From assembly GCA_963817885.1 (NCBI GenBank), contig CAWFQE010000004.1, forward strand, positions 21,419 through 85,418: a stretch of DNA of 64,000 bases, given 5' to 3'. How positions within the stretch are numbered: position 1 is the stretch's first letter; the number at the start of each line of letters is the position of its first letter. The notes beneath the pieces were generated by a model, which saw only the letters and a list, made by a program, of their open reading frames with translations, was not told the DNA's origin and made no database searches. This DNA is from an uncultured Acidobacteriota bacterium. Lineage in GTDB: Bacteria; Acidobacteriota; Vicinamibacteria; Vicinamibacterales; JAKQTR01. Below, piece by piece: positions 58,960 to 64,000 of the stretch. Made by a program: the position numbers and the translations under genes.

Positions 58960-60801
58960 ATGAACAACGATGATTTGCTCCCGTCGCCGTGGGCCCGGCC
59001 GGCGACGCTCCGCGCCGCACTTGAGGAGCGCTACAACGGCGAAGCGCTCCGCCGGCTCGCGCAGGCGCTGGGTGTGGCCGGGCCGACCCGCAAAGCGGAT
59101 CTGGCGGCGGCCATCGCGGCGGCGGTCTTAGGTCCGGACCCCAGCAGTCCTCGGCCGAAAGATGTCTTCGCCAGACTGACCGATATCGAAAAGGCGGCGG
59201 TGGCCGAAGCGCTCTGCGACGAGAACCACACCTTCGACGCGCCACGGTTTCGCGCCAAGTACGGATCGGTGCCGGTCTGGTCCTCGCCACGGGGCACGCG
59301 CGAAGGCAAAACGCTGCTCGGCGTGTTCCTGATGCCGGGCAAGTTCGATCGCGAGCCGGACGAACCGTTCATCCCCGCCGATCTGGCCACCCGCTTGCGC
59401 CAGTTCGTGCCGGAGCCTCGCAAGGAAGCGCTCGGTTGTCTCACCGAACCGGTGCCGGTGAACGATGGTCCGCCGCTCACGGTCGTCGACACCGAACAAG
59501 CGGCCACCCGGGAGGTCTTCGGCGTGCTGCGGTTGGTGGACATGGGCAAGATCCAGGTCAGCGCCCAGACGCGTCGGCCGTCGGCCAAGGGAATGGCTGC
59601 TGTCAGGGAGGTGCTGGTCGGCGGCGACTTCTATCCGTCGGAGGAGAGGCAACACGGGTGGGAGCAAGAGATCGGGTCGATTCGGGCGTTTGCCTGGCCG
59701 CTCCTCGTGCAGGCGGCTGGCCTTGCCTCGGTCGCCGGCTCGAAGCTTGCCCTGACCTCTGCGGGACGCAGGGCCCTGACGCAACCAGCGGCCGAGACGC
59801 TGCGGCACGCGTGGAAGAAGTGGGTCGACACCTCGATCTTCGACGAGTTTTCCCGGGTGGACGCCATCAAGGGACAGAGCGATCGCAAGCGTCTGACGTC
59901 TGTCGCCGGTCGGCGGCACGCGATCGCCGACGCGCTGGCGGAGTGCCCGGTGGGAGCGTGGATTGCGATCGGTGAGCTGTCGAGGCACATGCGCGCGACC
60001 GGCAACACCTTCGAGGTTGCGCACGATCCGTGGAAGCTGTACATCGCGGAGATGCAGTACGGAAGTCTGGGCTACGACGGCAGCCACGCCTGGGGGATCC
60101 TGCAAGAGCGCTACATGATGGCGCTGCTGTTCGAATACGCAGCCACGCTGGGCCTGGTGGATGTCGCCTATGCGGCTCCTGAAGGCGCGAGAAGAGACTT
60201 CCGGTCCATGTGGGGAACCGATGATCTGGCCTTCTTGAGTCGGTACGACGGGTTTTCCTGCCTGCGACTCACCGGCCTCGGCGCGTTCTGTCTCGACGTC
60301 GCCGACAACCTCGAGACGACAGCGATCGCACCGACGAGCCGCGTGAGCGTTCTGCCGAGTCTCGACATCGTAGCGGATTCCGGACCGTTCGACCCGGGCG
60401 ACGAAACGTATCTGTCTACCTTCTGCGTGAGGCGCGGCGACGGCTTCGGCCTCGATCGTGCCACTGCCCTGGCGGCCATCGAGAAGGGGCACCGCGCGAG
60501 CGATCTGGTCCGTTTCCTCGAGGAGGCGTGTGGCGATGCACTCCCGGACTGTGCGCGGACGTTTCTCGCAGACCTGGAGCGCCGGGCGGCGATGCTCTCT
60601 GTCGCGGGTCATGCCCTGCTGATCGAATGCGCGGACCCGGACCTTGCTTCCCGTCTCGTCCGCGACACGAAGACCAGGCACCTGTGCACCGTGGCGGAGA
60701 ACGGGAGCATCATCGTTCCAGCGGAATCGGAGGTGGCCTTCAGGCGAGCCGTGCAGGCGCTCGGCTATCCGTTGCTCTCCGGCACGCGGGGGCGTGACTG
60801 A
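58960..60801 (+). CDS. SAP/HeH-like N-terminus plus XPB/Ssl2 N-terminal (helicase-associated) domain protein, without a helicase core
   Basis: The frame is intact at 613 aa. The N-terminus ALRRLAQALGVAGPTRKADLAAAIAAAVLG is SAP/HeH-like. The C-terminus ..VRFLEEACGDALPDCARTFLADLERRAAMLSVAGHALLIECADPDLASRLVRDTKTRHLCTVAENGSIIVPAESEVAFRRAVQALGYPL resembles the XPB damage-recognition-type module. No Walker motifs were seen. Confidence 0.5.
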   Translation: MNNDDLLPSPWARPATLRAALEERYNGEALRRLAQALGVAGPTRKADLAAAIAAAVLGPDPSSPRPKDVFARLTDIEKAAVAEALCDENHTFDAPRFRAKYGSVPVWSSPRGTREGKTLLGVFLMPGKFDREPDEPFIPADLATRLRQFVPEPRKEALGCLTEPVPVNDGPPLTVVDTEQAATREVFGVLRLVDMGKIQVSAQTRRPSAKGMAAVREVLVGGDFYPSEERQHGWEQEIGSIRAFAWPLLVQAAGLASVAGSKLALTSAGRRALTQPAAETLRHAWKKWVDTSIFDEFSRVDAIKGQSDRKRLTSVAGRRHAIADALAECPVGAWIAIGELSRHMRATGNTFEVAHDPWKLYIAEMQYGSLGYDGSHAWGILQERYMMALLFEYAATLGLVDVAYAAPEGARRDFRSMWGTDDLAFLSRYDGFSCLRLTGLGAFCLDVADNLETTAIAPTSRVSVLPSLDIVADSGPFDPGDETYLSTFCVRRGDGFGLDRATALAAIEKGHRASDLVRFLEEACGDALPDCARTFLADLERRAAMLSVAGHALLIECADPDLASRLVRDTKTRHLCTVAENGSIIVPAESEVAFRRAVQALGYPLLSGTRGRD

Positions 60802-60989
60802 GGCCGGGTCGTTCGACGGCGGCGCGCGACGTTGCCCTTCTCTTGCCCTTTCGGTGCACCAAACGCCGGCAAACGGCCGCAACGAGCGGCACAACGCGAA
60901 GGCCGAAATCCGGGCGTCTCCGGGGGCTGGGATGCGAGATCCGGCAGCCCCGGGCAAACCGACGCAAAGCGCGGCTAACGACGCTTTTT

Positions 60990-61119
60990 CCGCCTGTTAA
61001 CCGGAGGGTTGTCCGCCTCCGCTCGCCACGCTGAAGGTACGGCGAGCTACGGCGAGACCACGCCGTAGCTCCGTCTGCGGAGCGAAGGCGGGCAGGTTCG
61101 AGTCCTGCCTGAGGAGCCA
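60990..61119 (+). other. Partial direct copy of the tRNA-Asn 3-prime half, interrupted by an 80-nt hairpin insert (candidate att scar or tRNA-like element)
   Basis: ccgcCTGTTAACCGGAGGGTTG (60990-61011) and GCAGGTTCGAGTCCTGCCTGAGGAGCCA (61092-61119) match tRNA-Asn positions from the anticodon loop onward. Positions 61012-61091 are an insert with an 11-bp perfect stem (gagctacggcg/cgccgtagctc). No matching D-arm or 5-prime acceptor strand lies upstream. Confidence 0.7.
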
Positions 61120-61328
61120 ATCCCCTTTCTATTCAATCACTTCCACCGGTCAGCTGCGCTCACAACCATCCGGTCGCGAGAATCAGCATAAGTCATTCGT
61201 ATGCAGTTAGTTACGGCCGCGCCGCCGGGCCGCAGTGAATAATCGTGAACAATTCCGCGACCTCTTTACTGTCGTGTGTGTTGGGAGCATATTACTAATA
61301 GTGATAACGGGAACGAGGTGCCCTATGG

Positions 61329-61622
61329 ATGCGCGTTATCGCCAAGAAGACATTGCGTGACTTCTGGGACGTCCACCCTGACGCGGAAGAACCACTGCTC
61401 GCGTGGTACCGCGAAGTGGAACACGAGGACGGGGACACGCCCGCGAAGGCGAAGCAGAAGTACGCGAGTGCGAGCATCGTCGGAGACAACCGCGTTGTCT
61501 TCAATATCAAGGGCAACACGTACCGACTGGCCGTGAAGATCAACTACGCATATCGCGTTGTCTACATCCGGTTCGTGGGGACGCACGCGGAGTACGACGA
61601 GATCGACGTTAAGGAGATTTGA
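61329..61622 (+). CDS. higB: HigB-type (RelE-superfamily) mRNA interferase toxin
   Basis: MRVIAKKTLRDFWDVHPDAEEPLLAWYREVE...ASIVGDNRVVFNIKGNTYRLAVKINYAYRVVYIRFVGTHAEYDEIDVKEI matches the HigB_toxin family pattern almost position by position. Confidence 0.85.
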   Translation: MRVIAKKTLRDFWDVHPDAEEPLLAWYREVEHEDGDTPAKAKQKYASASIVGDNRVVFNIKGNTYRLAVKINYAYRVVYIRFVGTHAEYDEIDVKEI

Positions 61623-61624
61623 GC

Positions 61625-62845
61625 ATGAGCAAGATCAAAGCGATTCGGAACGACGCTGATCACGAGAAGGCGCTCGCCCGCATCGACGCGCTCATGGATG
61701 CTGATGCCGGTACGCCGGAAGGAGACGAACTCGACGTGCTGACTGACCTGGTCGAGCACTACGAGGAGAAGTCCGTTCCGATGGGGTTTCCGAGTGCGAT
61801 CGCCGCGATCGAGTTTCGGCTGGAGCAAGGAGGGCTGAACCCGCGAGATCTCGTCCCGTTCATCGGCAGCCGCGCCAAGGTGTCGGAAGTGCTTTCGGGC
61901 AAGAGACCGCTGACGATGCCGATGGCGCGCGCCCTTCACGAACATTTGGGGATCCCTGCAGATGTGCTCTTGCAGGGTTCAGGCGCGAAGTACGCAGAGC
62001 CGGCACGAGACCTCGACTGGGACCGCTTTCCGCTGAAAGCGATGGCGAGTCTCGGCTGGATTCCCAAGAGCCGCAATGTCCGATCGCGCGCCAAGGCTGT
62101 CATCACTGATCTGATCCGAAGGGCGGGAGGCGCCGAAGTTGCCGGCGCGGTCCTTTACCGCAAGAGTCAACACGTGCGAGCCAACGCCAAGACCGATTCG
62201 TATGCGCTCAGAGCGTGGTGCTGGAAGGTCCTCGCCGATGCCGATAAATGCCGCCCACGCGTGGGATACAAGCCGGGAACGGTCACCGTGGAGTTTCTCC
62301 GCGAACTCGCGCGACTGAGCTGGTCGGCCGAAGGGCCCCGGTTGGCCAAGGAGTACCTGGCGAAGCATGGCGTTCCCCTCGTTGCGGTTCCGCACCTGCC
62401 CAGGACGTACCTGGATGGCGCGGCACTCAAGCTGGCCGATGGGACACCGGTGATCGGACTCACGCTTCGCTACGACCGCGTTGACAACTTCTGGTTCTGC
62501 CTGCTGCACGAGCTCGCCCACGTCGGCCGTCACATGGATACAGACGGCGAGGCTTCCTTCGTTGACGACCTGACGCTCCGCAACGTCGAGGGAGGCCGCG
62601 AGGACCCGACCGAGGTTCAAGCAGATGAGTGGGCGGAGGAGGCGCTGATCCCTCGAGCCCTTTGGGAGACGAGCGCGGTGCGCAAGCGGCCGACTCCAAT
62701 GGCGGTGATCAGCCTGGCGAACGTCCTGCAGATCCACCCCGCGATCGTTGCCGGGCGGGTGCGCCACGAGCGCAGGAACTATCGACTGTTGTCGCAGTTC
62801 GTAGGCACCGGCCAGGTGCGGGTCCATTTCAACATGGCCGCTTGA
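61625..62845 (+). CDS. higA: HigA-type HTH antitoxin fused to an ImmA/IrrE-family (DUF955) zinc metallopeptidase domain
   Basis: The N-terminal ~130 aa is MSKIKAIRNDADHEKALARIDALMDA..GTPEGDELDVLTDLVEHYEEKSVPM...LVPFIGSRAKVSEVLSGKRPLTMPMARALHEHLGIPADVLL, a complete HigA with XRE HTH. The C-terminal ~270 aa contains FWFCLLHELAHVGRH (HExxH) plus a downstream E (EVQADEWAEEALIP). Confidence 0.75.
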   Translation: MSKIKAIRNDADHEKALARIDALMDADAGTPEGDELDVLTDLVEHYEEKSVPMGFPSAIAAIEFRLEQGGLNPRDLVPFIGSRAKVSEVLSGKRPLTMPMARALHEHLGIPADVLLQGSGAKYAEPARDLDWDRFPLKAMASLGWIPKSRNVRSRAKAVITDLIRRAGGAEVAGAVLYRKSQHVRANAKTDSYALRAWCWKVLADADKCRPRVGYKPGTVTVEFLRELARLSWSAEGPRLAKEYLAKHGVPLVAVPHLPRTYLDGAALKLADGTPVIGLTLRYDRVDNFWFCLLHELAHVGRHMDTDGEASFVDDLTLRNVEGGREDPTEVQADEWAEEALIPRALWETSAVRKRPTPMAVISLANVLQIHPAIVAGRVRHERRNYRLLSQFVGTGQVRVHFNMAA

Positions 62846-62935
62846 ATGCAGCGGAGCCTGAATGCGGCTCCAAGCGACGCTCCGAGTGGCTGATTCCTCG
62901 ACTTCACCTGGGAGGGCCTCGATGGCGGGCCTGAG

Positions 62936-63781
62936 GTGATGCGGAAAGGACGCAAGGGGCATCACCCTGGGAGGAGGAATGGTCAGGTCTCACCATTCGG
63001 CCTGCCGTGGGGCACGTACCGGACGGCAATTGCGGTGGAAGACCAGCCGTTGGTGAATCCTCGGCAGGACTTCGAGATCAAGGAGAATGGCCAGGCGACA
63101 TTGCTTCTGGATCTTCAGCCGGACCCGCGCCACATTGTGTTCACTGGTCCCCTCACGAGTCGGGTCAAGGAAGTTGTTGATTCCTCCACTATCGAGGCTA
63201 GGCCAGCTTCTGAGTGGCTGACTGATCCAGCGGTGCGCCCGAGCCGGCGCGCGTGCCTGCTGAACATTCTCGCCAAGGCGTCCTGTTTCCCATCGCGGTC
63301 CTATCCGTTCATCTCCCACATTCAGAGCAACTTTCTGGCCGCCCCCGATCGGATCTATGCGACGGTCGACTCCGAGCTGCAGCCGATGCTCGCGAAGCTC
63401 GCGGATGATCCCCGCAAACCGATCTACCACGAAGGCAGGCCGACATCCGCGTGCCACAAACGCCTGCTCGAAGTCGTGAAGCAGAAGGGACTTCCCGGCG
63501 CTGCCGCGGCGTACAAGCCGCTCGACAGTTATCGTCAAGAAGGCGGACCCTGTCTTCAGTTCGTCGTCGCCGATCCGGACGGCGTCGAAGCTCCGTCCTA
63601 CGCCGATATCGACATCGATCTCGGCAACCCTCTTCAGGATCTGGCCGGTCTTATCGTGCATGCTGGTGAAGTCTTGAGCGGAAGGCTGACTGACCACCTG
63701 GCTTTGCGCAAGACGCTCGGGAAGAACAGGCAGGTGGCTCAGTTCCTCTGTTATGACGTCGTCTCCGGGGCGCCCGCCTAG
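62936..63781 (+). CDS. Hypothetical protein, no recognisable family
   Basis: The frame is intact at ~280 aa with protein-like composition, 90 nt downstream of higA-immA on the same strand. GAGG precedes the ATG at 62939. Confidence 0.45.
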   Translation: MMRKGRKGHHPGRRNGQVSPFGLPWGTYRTAIAVEDQPLVNPRQDFEIKENGQATLLLDLQPDPRHIVFTGPLTSRVKEVVDSSTIEARPASEWLTDPAVRPSRRACLLNILAKASCFPSRSYPFISHIQSNFLAAPDRIYATVDSELQPMLAKLADDPRKPIYHEGRPTSACHKRLLEVVKQKGLPGAAAAYKPLDSYRQEGGPCLQFVVADPDGVEAPSYADIDIDLGNPLQDLAGLIVHAGEVLSGRLTDHLALRKTLGKNRQVAQFLCYDVVSGAPA

Positions 63782-63908
63782 ACGATGCGGGTGCGAGTTC
63801 GCCACAGCCTCGTCACCTTTCCATGTCCCAAAGGTGGTCGACAATCACGGGAGCGGCCAGCTTTGGGTCACAGGGTAGTAGGTGGCCGACAGGCGGGATC
63901 GAAGAGGG

Positions 63909-64000
63909 CATGCTGCCCGTGCTGAAGTTCAAGAAGTCCCTGTTTGCCGAAATGCTCGACGGCGGCGAGCGGGAACCGTTCCTCGGCGGCAGCCGGTTGA
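63909..64000 (+). CDS. 5-prime end of an ORF truncated by the window edge
   Basis: The ATG at 63909 reads MLPVLKFKKSLFAEMLDGGEREPFLGGSRL.. with no stop before the window ends. It is too short to classify. Confidence 0.2.

Overview
This is a GC-rich chromosomal segment. The gene content suggests an Acidobacteriota-like soil bacterium: two CarboxypepD_reg-type TonB-dependent receptors, a PEGA protein, a czcCBA efflux operon, secreted peptidases, and an SRP-RNA/dnaX/ybaB/recR block. That taxonomic call is an inference; I could run no searches. I support about 50 protein genes, one tRNA-Asn, one SRP RNA, one IS4-like insertion sequence and several repeat families.

The clearest accessory region is at 54.5-64 kb.
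- An intact tRNA-Asn (54516-54590) and a partial same-orientation copy of its 3-prime half (60990-61119) bracket a ~6.5 kb island.
- The partial copy is interrupted by an 80-nt hairpin.
- The island holds an AbiEi/AbiEii-like pair whose antitoxin-like gene has an N-terminal nuclease-like extension, a protein with an integrase Arm-like N-terminus fused to TPR repeats, and a SAP plus XPB-N-terminal-like protein. No recombinase is visible.
- Just past the island lies HigB with a HigA fused to an ImmA/IrrE-type metalloprotease, then an unknown gene.

Other notable items:
- A decayed integrative-element scar at 0.1-1.6 kb: a HEPN/MNT pair, a tRNA 3-prime fragment and an integrase remnant.
- GTAG-headed REP-like hairpin clusters, and an IS whose 38-bp terminal repeats contain that same hairpin.
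- A recurring intergenic element of ~245-277 bp whose two arms are complementary heptamer tandem arrays.
- An MscS-FHA fusion gene overlapping a predicted pseudokinase.

Many conserved genes, including essential dnaX, are broken by clustered frameshifts. This most likely reflects consensus indel errors, so I do not trust any single pseudogene call here.
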